Part shown: positions 13,501 to 26,412 of the stretch, in pieces
Numbering within the stretch: the stretch's first letter is position 1
How the letters are laid out: each line of letters starts with the position of its first letter
From: Hydrolagus colliei
Taxonomy: Eukaryota
Length of the DNA: 64,000 nt
NCBI GenBank assembly: GCA_035084275.1
Contig: CM068769.1
Coordinates: 1,798,001 to 1,862,000 of the forward strand
Direction of reading: 5' to 3'
The notes under the pieces: generated by a model
Database searches by the model: none
What the model was told of the DNA's origin: nothing
The model's input: the letters and a program-made list of their open reading frames with translations, nothing else
Position numbers and translations under genes: made by a program

Positions 13501-14485
13501 CTATTAGATCATCTCAATTGCGGACTGATTGCTCTGTCGACTCAGATACAGGTCTACCTCCAACAATTGTTGTTGAAATGGAGCTGACAATCAGCAGCGA
13601 CACTGAAGTAGCTCAACTCGACCTCACCTGCCGTAAAGGTTCCCAGTACTGGACAGACAGCATACAGACTCTTTGCTGCTCCTCAGCCTTCGCTGTTGTG
13701 TCTGTGACATCAGTTTGCTGGGAACCAACAGCAATATGCGTCACGGCAGATCCCACAGTCCCATGTCACCGGATTGACATATCAATTGCTTCTACATTGT
13801 GCAATACACCACTACGGTCTGCGTTAGTGTGGCGGGGGTGGGTGAGGTGGTAGGAGGTGGGGTGCAGGGAATCCTCCCACTCAGTTCCTGGTAACCTTAC
13901 AATCACACCTTACAAATATACAGTCAATTCACTTAACAGTATATATTCCATGAAGCGCTTTGAGACGTCGATAAACTATGAAAAGCGCTATCTTGCCTTT
14001 ATAATCAAACGTAAGTATTATTCATATTATTCTAATCCAACAAATGATGGTCATGAATTTCGGATTAGTTTACATATACATAAATGGATAGAACGTTTTT
14101 ATTTTCTCTCCAAGTAATATTTTCTACTAATTCAAACACATCCTCCATCGTATTGTTCAATAAGTGCCTTTAGCACTTTTGATTGGATTTCTATAAGTTG
14201 TAAAATTAAATTGTTCATCCATTCGAAGATCTTCATGCAGCTCCAGTGTTGATTCGTGAATTAATTATTTCCTGAAAGATCATTATTATATTAATAATTA
14301 TTTCCTTTGTTATAGTGTGTTTAAATAATTCCCTACATGAAGCCATGTGACTTGCCCTTGTTTTATTGCATGTGGTTGGGAATTAATCAGGTGATTCTTG
14401 TGAGAGACACAGCAGCAAAGTCAAATAGGTCAACTGACAGGAATGACATCTGTGCTGTGATTAAACCGATTAACTCCTTTTTGTA

Positions 14486-14971
14486 GGTTTATGTACGGTG
14501 GTGTAGCCTGAACGTAACAATGTGTGAGTGATGCCACAATAGCACGTGGCTGCATCAGATAGAGCGGCAGCCAGCACAGTTACACTGGATGTCTTGCTGC
14601 TCGTGTCCAAACTAGTGGTAAAAAGATCTCCAGCAAATTCAGCTCTGAAAGTGTCCAATCATAATCATGTCTCAGTGTGTACAGAGGAGGCTGGCCCGGA
14701 TAATGACGGTACCAGTACATTAAAACATTGGTGAAACCAGCAGAGTACGTCCATTTCAGGGTCACAGTCTGGACTTCAGGGACTTCTGTGACCCTCTGTG
14801 ATGGTTAAATATTATTTCCATTCGCTGTCGCTGTAGCCAGAGAGAACAAGTTATTCACTGTAACGCACACAACAGAGATAAATCTCCAAATAGTTTTCAG
14901 AACGAGAGAAAATGTCTTACATAAAAGGACTAATAACATTAAAATAATAAAGCAATGTGTTTACACTCCAT
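14486..14971 (-). pseudogene. TCR V pseudogene V4 (family A): leader 14921-14971, V exon 14525-14830, 23-RSS 14486-14524
   Basis: Paralog of V1: TANGNNI*PSQRVTEVPEVQTVTLKWTYSAGFTNVLMYWYRHYPGQPPLYTLRHDYD, frameshift, TFRAEFAGDLFTTSLDTSSKTSSVTVLAAALSDAATCYCGITH. RSS is CACATTG, 23 nt, ACATAAACC. The leader is frameshifted and Cys23 is Trp. Confidence 0.92.
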
Positions 14972-16089
14972 GTTTCCAAGCGAGTAAGTAATTCGACGGC
15001 AGCTTTTCGAGATGAGAGATTGTGTCCTGAATTGTGACTCAAAGCAGAGTGAGGAGCACAGCACTGACGGATACGCCAGTGCTGTGGTCCACACTGATTG
15101 TATGGGACGCTGTTGTGTTGCGCACAACAGCGTCCCACACAAACAGTCGAGGATTGAAATGTATAATTTTATTATTGCATTATCTTTGGTGGGATTACTA
15201 CTAGCTGTCTGGAATAAAGAAAATTGACCAAGGTTTCGCCCTCACCTACCTGGATTCAATCAATCAATGAATCATTCAAAACCTATCTTTCTACAGCGTC
15301 TTTCACGTCAAGAGGACGTCGCAAGGCGCTGTGCGCTTAGGTAGGGACAAGATTAGGGGAAGTGGACTCGGCGCAGAATGAAGAAGAGTAGGAAATTTGA
15401 CTTTATATTTGTGGACGAAACGCGTCAACCAAATCGTGCAAAGCAGTGTCCCATAACAGTAATAGAATTGGGACTGAGGAAAATGGCGGAAATTGGGCAA
15501 GTGGAGGTGTCGGGGTAGGGGAAGCGTGAGTAGAAAAGCCGACTGTATACTTGTGGGCGAAACGTGGCAGCAAATTGCGCTCAGCTTTGCACCACAAACA
15601 GTTGGAGAAAAAGGGCCAGGAGTTAAAGGGTTAAAGAGGGAAAGGAGGGAGAAAGAGGGAACGCTGGGGTGTGGAAAGCTCAGGGAGGAATAGGGGGGAG
15701 AAAAAGGGCGTAAAGGATCGAGTTAGCGAAAGTTGGGTGTGTGACAATATCAGGGAGAAAGTGGGGTAAGAGAGAAGAGGGAGGGAAGGGTGAAAAGAGG
15801 GGAGAACACAGGGATCACAATTGTAAGGCGAGTGCTACAAACATTGAGGTCCACAATATTTCTTGTAACTGAAAGGCATTGAAATACATCTAGTGCAGAT
15901 TGCATTTTGAGAAACAAAAGCCTTGTGATAATCAGCTTGTTGATAAATCTTTGTGCAACTTGTCTCAAGCAGCAATAATGTATGTGAAGGAAGCAATGCC
16001 AACTGTAACAGAAAACATTCGTGTTAGCTGCCAATGATGTTAGATACAGAAAAGCACTGGCAGTTGCATATGATGTTATACGTGTGTTT

Positions 16090-16109
16090 ACTTCGCCACC
16101 TGGTGGTGG
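16090..16109 (-). promoter_or_regulatory. CTCF-like motif upstream of V4
   Basis: Minus strand CCACCACCAGGTGGCGAAGT. Confidence 0.62.
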
Positions 16110-17169
16110 TTTGCAGCTACAGCAGGTTTACAATGGAGACATTTGAAAGCAAATTGTTTGAGGACTGTCTTGAATTCTCTCGTCGTTTCTCCTCCCGTGG
16201 AAGGATATACCTTCGTCTCGTTCTCTGCTTGTTCCTCATGTTTTCCCAGCTTTACTAGAAAATTGGACGCTAATTTAATCCACAATCTCTTGACGTATTT
16301 GCGCTCACACTTGCGCCATCCACCACCACCTCCCACCCCACTCAGACGCCCCCCACACTTCTCCCCCACCACCCATCCACCTACCACACCAACCACACGC
16401 ACAAATTTAACGTAACTATTTGACTACTTCCTGTAACTGATTACAATATTTGACTGAACACTGAGTTTACATCGGTCACGTTGCAGAATCGCAACAATCA
16501 GTTTACATTTATAAATAATATTTCCCATTGGGTGGAGTTCCAAAGATATTTTACTCTCCAGGCAAATTATTTATTATACGGTAATATCGAAACAAACAAA
16601 CTATTCGCATTATTTTGTTTTACATCACTACTACAATTTGTGTTCTCCCTTTCCTGCATCGCCGAATGGTAACAGCGTGTGCTTTGTGTGGACTTTGAAT
16701 CCAGGCGTTACTTGAACCAGTTAAACGTGGGCAACGTGAACTGAGTGAGTCAGTAATCCACGCCTCATTCGCAGAATATTCCGAATCTCATATTTTGGAC
16801 AGAAAAGAAAACAGCGAACTGCTTCTGGATTATGTTCATGTTACAGCTTTAGCTACAAAAAGTCTTCAAGCGATGCATGTTGTTTGTCACTGTAAATAAA
16901 ACTGGGACATAAGCTTTGCAAATTGCCACTAAATTAATCCCTCTTGCCCCCTCCACCGCCCCCCCCCCCCCATCCCTCTCAATTATCTCTCCTCATATTC
17001 GCCATAAAAATCGTACTAAACGACAATTCCTCCTGTCAGCATATCGTTCTGGAACAAGCTTCATCACTGATTATCACTGTAGAACACTGTCCAACACGAT
17101 AAGGGCTTAATGGAAACAGGAGAAGGCCATTCAACACCCCGCAGACAGTTCGAAAATTCTGCGGACCGT

Positions 17170-17645
17170 TCAAAACTCCGTGACCTCATCTCCCCCCATC
17201 CTCGACCGACTCCATTGGCTTCCCATCATCCAGATGATCCAATTGAAGATCTCGGTCCTCACAGTTAAAGCACTCCACAGCCTCGCCCCACCCTACATCA
17301 GTGAACTTGTAATCTCTTACCTACATGCCTTCACCTCCGATCAGCAGCGTCTCGCCTGCTCCACGTCTCCCTACCCTCCAGCCCAACACCTGGCGAAAGC
17401 GTAAGGCTTCAGTCACACTGCCCCCAACTTCCATTGCGCCGTCTCTCTGCCTCGCCTCTTTTCTGTCCTACTTCAAGTCTCAACTCAACGCTCTCCTCTT
17501 CAATGGACCCATCGCAACACAAAATATTCCCCACCACCTGCCCCCATCACCGCCACAGTTCCCCAACTCAGTATGACTATCGATCGTCTCGGGACGTCGT
17601 CCTGACGTGAAAGGCGCAACACAAATGTAATTTTGTTATTGTTGT
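17170..17645 (+). mobile_element. L2 3' fragment
   Basis: PILDRLHWLPI...LKISVLTVKALHSLAPPYISEL plus tail GTGAAAGGCGC. Confidence 0.82.
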
Positions 17646-18673
17646 TACACTGGGGCTGAACTGTACCTCAACTTAAATTATATTTCTTTAACTCATATTC
17701 CACCATGCCTTAACATATATCGATTGTCCACAGTTTGGAAAATGAAATGAATCCAGCATCCACCGCTTTTTGGGAAGAGGGCTCCTGAATTCAACTACCA
17801 TTTGCTTGAAATAAATGCCTCCCGATTTCTGTGCCATCGATTGGCATCAAGCTTTTAAATTTAACATAATGCCCATATCAGCCATTTTGCCCCCAACTTC
17901 CGGAATGTCCCTTTGCCTCGCTGCATCACTGGCTTTCTTCAAGTCTTGCCTCAAGACTCTCCACGTCAATGCACCCATCGGCAAATCCTCATCGCTCCCT
18001 TCCCCTCCCCCCTCCTCGTCCTCAGCTTGGGTCTTAAGCAGTAACTGCCCAGCGCCTTGAGGCGTCCTACTGACGTGAAAGGCGTTATGTAAAAGTAAAC
18101 TTGTTGTTGTTAATCTGTATTACCTCCACTCACTGGTGGAAAGTTTCTCTGACACTATAGGTCTTAAGTTAAAAGTTAACCAACATAAACGTAGCTTGTT
18201 GGTTTTTCATATTTCCTACTTATTAATGTACCGCAGAAAAGCACGTGAATGTGACAGTGCTCCCCATAAAACAACTGATTAAATTTATTAACAATTATAC
18301 TAATACATGTAATGTATCTATATGAAATACGATGTGTAGCAACTCATTACATATTGAGTGGGAGAAACGTGGCAGCCAACTCAGCACACCAGTTTTCCAT
18401 TGGTTTGAATGATCATTTTGTTGATGGTTGCATAGTCATCTTATTTTGAAATAGTTATTTTAATTTTATTAACGGACGAGTAACGCTAAGAAATAAGAAG
18501 CCAATCGACATCCAAGCGGGTTGCTAGTTAACGCGAGGCAAACCGAGGCGTGTGGGTGAATTAAGAATGTTTGTGTACAGTACAGAATATTTTGCTCTGC
18601 AATGAATCGAAACCAGGTGCGCTCGCTTACAAAGCGAATGATGTAACCACTGATCTGCAGGCCTCAGCATGTG

Positions 18674-19402
18674 TGTTTTGGTACGGCAGGAACACTGACC
18701 TGTGCCGCTGTGGGGCTCATAGCAGAGTAATATACAGCAGAGTCTGTCACTGTCAATAGTGAGATATTCAATGGCACGGTTCGCCGCGCTTTATACAGGT
18801 TAGTTGAGAAACGTTCTTTTGCAAATTCTGCAGGATATTCTTTGTTGTTGTTGGTGTATACGTAAAGGATATATTCTGGAGCTTTGTTTGGATAGTGACG
18901 GTACCAGAATATATACGGAGAGTTGCTGCTTGTAGCTGTATAATTAAACTGCAGATATGCATATTCTCCTTCACTCACTGTCACAGTAGATTGGAGCTGT
19001 GTCACAGATTCTCCTCCACAAAACCCTGGAAACGAAAAATACATCATCATTTAATACAAGAGCAACATTTCCAATATCCTCTTATGTTGCACACGGCGCC
19101 TTGTCGCGTCTTTGGTGTGTCTCCAATCAATTCACAGAATTAAATTTGCAAAAAACAATGTTGTGTGTGTAACATTTCGCTCTGTCCTGCCAGGGAATCG
19201 AACCATGATCCGCCCGGCTGTTCACCCAGTCGTATAAAAACTGATATGGTGTACACTCCTACTCCTCAAGCTCTTTCTGTATCATTCTGTACCTTATGCG
19301 ATAAAATATAGGCGTTGGTTAATACTTTCGGATACAAATACAGATAGAATGCTTACCTAATAAGACAACGATGGCTACTGCGACATAGATGTACATTGTC
19401 AT
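18674..19402 (-). CDS. TCR Valpha/delta-type segment V5 (family C), open frame but lacking both canonical cysteines: leader 19357-19402, V exon 18713-19025, 23-RSS 18674-18712
   Basis: Leader MTMYIYVAVAIVVLLG with GTAAGC donor, acceptor TTCCAG. Exon GFCGGESVTQLQSTVTVSEGEYAYLQFNY...YIFWYRHYPNKAPEYIL...LTVTDSAVYYSAMSP. RSS is CACAGCG, 23 nt, ACCAAAACA. Confidence 0.9.
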
Positions 19403-20749
19403 ATGTATTTAATGACACTGTTTGCAGAGACAGCGTTGATAGTGTGGTTGCAGAATGTTTTCTGGGAGGCAGTAAGATACCGTGATGAGGGATGAACAGT
19501 GAATGATATACAGAAGTTGCCATGTGAGGCAGCAGGACAGAGGTTTACGTATAACAACGTTGTCTATGTCATTCAGCGTCTTTTGCTCTGCTCTGCCATC
19601 TCGCTCCTCCATTGGTTCTCCTCCAACCCTGACATGTCTTTGATCAACCAGGTAACTGACATATGCAGCAAATTACACCAATATTTCTTTTACAATTCTT
19701 CCAAACACATACATGATATTCACGTAACTGTACTATCTGCGGATTCCTATAGATTATTGGTATCAACACAACCTACAAGCAACGTGTCTGTAATAGATTC
19801 TTGTAGGGCGAAATTTAGATAAGTTTCATAACTCTACCGAACCAATTATTTTTGCACAGCTATCAGTAGCAGTTCGAATATTTCTCGGTTGAACTGGTTG
19901 TGTTCCAATGTTAATACTAGTTCATAAATTTAACCTATTGAATCCACCACTGTTTGTATGACATTGCCGCGCACAATTGGCAGCGTGGTTTCGCCTGCAA
20001 ATCGTCGAGTCACAATATGTTACAATGTAGTATGAAGCGATTAGTGATGTCTCAAGTTGGACATAGTATTCAGTGGAATCCACTGAGTATGTACACAGGG
20101 CTAGATAGTGAACTAATCTGTGATGGTTTCACAACCACTAGGGCAGCTGGCAATTTGATAAAGAGGTGAAACAATCCTTTGGGTGGGAGTTGGGTGGTGG
20201 TGGGGAGAGATGGGTGTTCAAAGCCAACGGGCAGGAGCCACGTGGCTTCAGCAGTTTCTCAGATGTCTCTGCCCCAGTTAGTTGAAATTTCCCTCCTGCT
20301 ACCTTACCTCTCAAAGCTTCTGTGTTTGGGAAATAAACACACATTTTTCTAGCATAACTCGTGCATGCAAGATACGTGCTGTGCATTTTAATTCGCTGAC
20401 TTCAGCTTCATATATTAACATTAGCATTTGCAAACCGTGGGTCTGAAGCATTGGGAAAGCCATCAAGATTATTGTGAGTATCCAGATCAAACTGTGTACT
20501 GTATTTGCGATTGTAGTTGCTAAAGCAGCTTATTATGGAAGAGCCTCTAAGCGTTTGATTTGATGTAACGTAAAGTCTACCGATGGTTTATTTTGCAGCA
20601 GAGAGTTCCACCTCACATCCTCTTGCAAACATTAATGGATCGAAGGCCATCCACCAATCGATTATCAACCAGACTCCAGCTTACATCACGGCAGAGAAAC
20701 CCCAATAATGCTAATCATAGCATTTGATATGGTGCTTTTGACATGATAT

Positions 20750-21145
20750 TAACGTCCCAATGCGCTTCTCATTCTATATCGTAAAGTGAAACGAAAATAG
20801 AAGTTTCTGGAAAAACGTAGTAGTTCTGGAGCATCAATGGAGATAGGGAAATGAGTCGACCTTTCGGGTCCACGACCCTTCGCCTGAATTTTACAGTTTT
20901 TTTTGTTTGTATATAGTAAAGTGAATTGACTGTAGATTTGTGGGCGAAACCCGGCGGCTGATTGCACACAGAAGTGTCCCACGAAGCGTCCTGGGTTGAA
21001 AGTGACCAATATTTATTATTTTCGTTTATTTTTCGGACGGATTATCATTGGGTAATTCAGATAAGGAAGCTTTCCTAACGTTTCTCCCTGATTAACCTGG
21101 TCCCACGCTTGTAAGGTGAGTGCTCTAACCACAGAGCTAAAGGAG
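20750..21145 (-). mobile_element. SINE interrupted by a ~120-bp insertion (20791-20909) resembling a Penelope-type terminal repeat
   Basis: TATAT(C/A)GTAAAGTGAA is duplicated at 20775-20790 and 20910-20925. The insert reads GAAGGGTCGTGGACCCGAAAGGTCGAC...CCAGAAAC on the minus strand. Confidence 0.65.
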
Positions 21146-21485
21146 TAGTTGGAACTGATCGCGTCTTCCAGATGCTACTATATCTCTTCTGGTTGTACAG
21201 TGATGTGGAATGACTGTGTATGTTTCCCGCTAAATGTGGCAGCCACACGTGCACAGCAGTGTACTACAAACTGTCATCGACTGAAAAGGAACTTTTTTAA
21301 AATGAATAATTATCCCAAAGAATGCGAACCGCCAATCGACGAAAAACGGTATTCCTACTTAATGCGATGTAAATATGTATTTGTGTGTGTGTGTGTGTGT
21401 GTGTGTCTATTATGGCGTCATCAAACTCAGATCGACTTATTTACGAGGCGAGTGATCTGAATGTTGAGCTATAGTAACCTCAGCA

Positions 21486-21960
21486 TGTTTTTGTGCAGGC
21501 TTCTCTTAGACATGCTTCTGTGCTCTCTGCTGCACAGAAGTAAGTGGCGGTGTCTGTCACCCTCACGTTTCTGATTGTCAGTGTGCTGTTCTTCTCTTTT
21601 CCAATTAGCCAAAACACTTATTCTCTCCTCCGCCTTTACCTCTCTTTTTCCCAACACCAATAACCCTATGGAGCCGATTCCATACTGATTGTACCAATGG
21701 AAGGCTAGGCTGAGCAAAGTCGCGTTCCAATCCATGGATACATTTCCATTTGCATTCAATTTAATGACCTGAAGTCTCTGTGACACTTCTCGTTCAGCCA
21801 AGACACCTGGGGAATAGAATGAATATTGTCGCAAAGAAATAAGAAAATGTCTGCCGTAAAACTTGTCGTTATTTAACAGGAAAACAAGTATATTTTTGTC
21901 CAAACTCACACTCTACTTACAGAAGAGCGAAACAATGGAATTCAAAATAATACATTTTGC
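21486..21960 (-). pseudogene. TCR V pseudogene V6 (family D): V exon 21523-21806, RSS with 21-nt spacer 21486-21522
   Basis: GVLAEREVSQRLQVIKLNANGNVSMDWNATLLSLAFHWYNQYGIGSIGLLVLGKREVKAEERISVLANWK, frameshift, KNSTLTIRNVRVTDTATYFCAAE. RSS is CACAGAA, 21 nt, ACAAAAACA. A degenerate leader ends at 21921 with GTAAGT. Confidence 0.9.
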
Positions 21961-23789
21961 TTGGTAAATTGGCTTAATTCTCAATGCTCGTCGATTCATG
22001 TTAGAATCTCCGTGAGAAATGCAATTGGACACCAGCTAACTGCTGATAAACGTTCATGAATATTTGTAGCGCTAACGGTGTTGGTTATAAATATATTCTC
22101 GATGACGCCTACACTGGCTTCTCATTCACTGTAGGATTGCTGGTGTGACATTCATTAACCAATCGAATGCCAGCAGCGTTCGTTCAGCCCACAAAATAGT
22201 AATTTCCTGCATATTTCAATATAGTCTTTATAGCCCTTTCTATCATCTGAATGACGTAATCATGTGCTACTTCAAATGCAACCAAATGTAGCTAGTACTG
22301 GTATTCATGTTATTATAGGTCTCAATGAGTTAGTTAGATTTACAACTAGCTTGCGTAGATCCTTATCAAGTAAATTCATGGACGATTCTCACAGATCCAC
22401 ACAGGTTTTCCTCTCGAGGGTAGAGATTGTGTGTTTGATAATCTCAGCCAATTCGTTTAAAATAATGTTCACTCAATCATCTGTGAAGTAAACAAACAAT
22501 TGAGCTGACGGAATGTCTGTCCATTCACCAAGGAAACCCTTGATCTTGCTCGAGCAGAGACATGGCATCATCACCGAACCTTGTTACAAACCGACTGGAC
22601 CTCTGTTTGATGTTGCAACAGGAGGACAGCTTGTCTGAAATTCTAGGCACCCCCCAGTCCTGCACTGGAGTTTAAGACCAGTGCATCAATCAAGTATATC
22701 ATTCACAGTGCGCAGTTGAGCCGCTTTAGAATGCAGTCGGTGGTAGACGAACTAAAATGAACTTTGATGATTATATCTGCTAGCAACAATAATAATAAAT
22801 GTTCCTTGCATTTTATAAAGTGAAGTACTTTTAGACGTGTAGAAGATTTGAAAATGTATTACATCATATACGTGGATTACTATTGTTTTTGCGAATGCTT
22901 TCAATTGTGTTATTGTTGAATGCTTGAACTGCGCAGCGCAGTCTAAATCAGTAAATATTTACTTTGTACATTCAAGGCTTCACGATCTTTTTCAAAAGCG
23001 AAAGCTGCTACAGCAAAGGCAGTTATCATTACCAGTGTTATTATCAGAGCTCTACCGTGCCTTCGTTGGAATTGCATCCAAGGACATAAGCTGTTATCTA
23101 TGATTTCCAAAATTAGATAAAGTAAATCAGTATGAATCGTTTTCCAGAATTAAACCAATAAAATAAAACTGTTTTTGTTATCGATATCTACACCTTTTTC
23201 AAACCAATATGATCCACTGAAGGTCAGATGCTTGTTTGTGAGGAGCACAACAATATAGAAGCAATCATAGAAAAATTGCTCCTTGATCAATCGAATGCGT
23301 TAATCAGGCTTTAGACAAAACCTTTGTACATTTCAGCTGAGCCGGCGATAGCGTATAGCAGGGAAACGGTGTCAACTGTAACAGGAAGCACTTGTTGTGG
23401 CTGCCAAGTCAGTTGTTACAGAAAGCAACGTGGGTAGTTATGTCAGTAGCTGCTGATGTTATAGGTGTGTTTACATCGCCTTCTGTTGGTTGATTACAGC
23501 TATAACACGTGTACTGCAGAGAGAAATGCTTGCAAGTTATTTTCGTCCCACCCTATCTTTCCTGTTCCTATCCATTCCTTTGGATATTGATACCTTACTC
23601 TTATCTCGCTGCTCGTTTCTCATATTGCGTATGCTTCACTGGGAAATTCGACACCAACCTCATTCCGACGTGTCTCTCATTATACTTGACACACCCAATT
23701 TAACTTGATTCCTGATACTTATCTTGTACTTGGTAATGTTACCTTTAGCAATGTTGACATTAAGAATTTACATTACAGAACAATAAGCA

Positions 23790-24775
23790 TTACATAGAAT
23801 CATAGAATCATTGAATTTTACGGCACAAAAGGAGGCCATTCGGCCCATCTAGTCTGTGCCGGCTCTTTGAAAAGAGCGATTCAATCCCACTGCCCTGCCC
23901 GCTCCCCATAGCCTAATAGACCCGTTCTCCCTAAATAAAGATCTAATTCCCTTTTAAAAGTTGTTATCGAATCAGCCTCCACCACCTTTTCAGGCAATGC
24001 ATTCCAGATTCGAACAACTCGCTGAGTGAAAAAAATTCTCCTCAGCTCCCCTCTACTGCGCCTTGAAACTATTTTAAATCTGTGATCACGAGTCACAGAT
24101 TCACCCACGAGTGGAAATAATTTTTCTCTATTTGCCCTGTCGAAACACCCCATGATCTTATAAACCTCTATTAGGTCTCCCCTCAATCTTCTCTGCTCCA
24201 GAGAGAATAACCCTAGCCTATCTAGCCTCTCCTGAAGTCCGTCAATCCTGGCACCATCCTAGTAAATCTTCGTTGTAACCTTTCCAATGCCTTCACATCC
24301 TTTCTGTAGTGTGTTGACCAGAATTGAACACAGTATTCCAGCTGAGGCCTCACCAAAGTCCTGTAGAGGTTAGTCAGCACTTCCTGACTTTTGTACTCTA
24401 TACCCCTATTTATAAAGCCTAGTATCCCATATGCCTTCTTAACAGCCTTGTCACCTGTCCTGCCACCTTCAACGAGTCACTAACACAAATCCACAGGTCT
24501 CTCTGTTCCTTTGCACCATTTAAAATTGTACTATCTAGCCTATATTGCCTCCCTTCATTTCTTCTCCCAAAATGCATCACCTCACACTTCTCTGCATTAA
24601 ACGTCATCTGCCATGTGTCTGCCCACTTTACCAATTTGTCTATATCCTCTTGCAGATGGCTACTATCCTCCTCACAGTTTACTATTCTCCCTAACTTAGT
24701 GTCATCTGCAAACTTGGAAACTGTACTCCGTACACCCAAGTCCAGATCATTGATGTAGATTACAAACAGCAATGG
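23790..24775 (-). mobile_element. CR1 LINE 3' fragment (RT domain to 3' end)
   Basis: ORFs LFVIYINDL...SKFADDTKLG and MRGDLIEVYKIM...FFTQRVVRIWNALP, plus a CATAGAAT-type 3' tail. Confidence 0.93.
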
Positions 24776-24992
24776 TCACAAAACAGCATTGAGATTTTGT
24801 CAATAGTCGTGGAGACATTACAGATCTGCATGGCGCCTTCAAAACGCCACCCCTCTTTCGACCTCTGCCTCACCGATTCTTCATCACTGATTCCTACAGG
24901 AAACAAATGTATTATTCAGCGTTGAACCGATTAATACTAAGTAAAAACGAACAACGCTATTTTATGCGGCGTTCATGCGTTTTACAGGATAT

Positions 24993-25315
24993 GGAGCTCC
25001 CGTGGCACAGTGGTTAGAGCACAAGCATTACAAGCGGGAGACCTGTGTTGAAGTCCAGGCAGCTCAGGGCGAAATCCTGGCAAGTTGCCTTACTACACAC
25101 ACGCGCCTAATAAAAAATCCTTTAAAATTAGATACAAATATAAATTGGGCATTTTTAATAAACGACTGTTTGTGGGGACGCCGCTGTGCGCAAATGGCCG
25201 CCGCGTTTCGCCCACAAACATACAGTGAGTTTACTTTACAGTACATTCTGTGAAGCGCTTTGAGACGTCGATAAGTTGTGAAAAGCTCACTATCAAATAA
25301 ATGAATTATTACTAT
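24993..25315 (+). mobile_element. tRNA-derived SINE with L2-type tail, near full length. Other copies at ~440-545(-), 3720-3950(+), 5020-5345(-), 13860-14020(+), 35935-36225(+), 37590-37885(+), 39770-39950(+), 51215-51340(-), 54095-54270(+), 61385-61530(-)
   Basis: A-box TGGTTAGAGCAC, B-box GTT(C)GAA(T/G)TCC, conserved core TGTGCGCAATTGGCTGCCGCGTTTCGCCCACAAA, tail GTGAAAAGCGCTATATCAAATGCAAG(TAT)n. Confidence 0.85.
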
Positions 25316-26412
25316 TTACAATGAAACGCTTTGAGACGCTTTAAGAATGTCTCCACCCACGGGAATATTTTGTGCCACAGTTCTGTAAGAAATTGTCCGT
25401 CATTGGAAAATTTAATTGCAACATCCTACAAATGGAGAAATCATAATAATAATTCTTGATTTTGATATAGCGCTTTTCACGACTTCTAAACGTCACCAAG
25501 CGCTTCAAATAATTTACTGGAAAGTGTGTTTACTGAATATTTGTGAGTGAAGCTGGACAGCCAATTGTGCATAGCAATGTTAAAGTAAACAGGGTTAAAG
25601 GAGACTTTGTTTATAGATGACCCGTGGTACTAGCATTGACTGGATGGGCTGGATGGGCTGTCGGTAACCATATAGTGACATTACGGTGGCTGCAGAGAGC
25701 AAATATCCCAACTTCACTACGTCCAGACACCACAATTTATACCTCTGCTGGTCTTGATACAGTGTGACACTGGGGCCGCAGATGTAGCTCAGAATCCTTA
25801 TTGATGTTGTCTCTTATCAGTGCGTCACTATCTCGTCCCTCTAGCTGCTGTGGGCATGTGGGATTGCTCCTATCAGATTCAGGCTTAAACGTGCTCACGT
25901 GAATCTGAGTATCCACACCCACAACATACAAAGTCAATACACTTTACAGTATAGTCTTTGAGACATATTAATTGTCAGGCGATTGATCAGATGGAATTTT
26001 CATGATAATAACGACTTGTTCCGCATCAAACGCTCTTATCTTCAGTCTTCATTAAAAATAATCTATTTTATATTGATTGTAATACAAATATAGCCGACCC
26101 ACCTTTGTATCTGAACAAAACACATACAATTTGCATAAATACAAACAGCATTGACTACAAACGTCTATGTTTCTTTGAAATCAGTTACTAATTCATTATT
26201 ATTGATAAACGTATTTTGAAAGAATTATATCTACTGTAGATGGACTCATTCACCAGCTACCACGAAGCGGGAAGCTACTGACTCCTGTCTAACTAGTGGT
26301 ATACATAGATTATGAAAACGTGTCCAAAGTTTTGCGCTACATGTAGTTGAAACCAATGCTCTTGCTTGCGAGGCGACTGCTCTAAATTCTGAGCTAGAGG
26401 ACACTGCATGAT

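Noticed and set aside
13622-13680. Possible V3 leader (KSLYAVCPVLGTFTAG/GTGAGG)
   Set aside because: No in-frame ATG and no homologous leader found for V2 to confirm it.
24993-25070. tRNA gene
   Set aside because: The A/B boxes are the head of a multi-copy SINE, not a complete cloverleaf.
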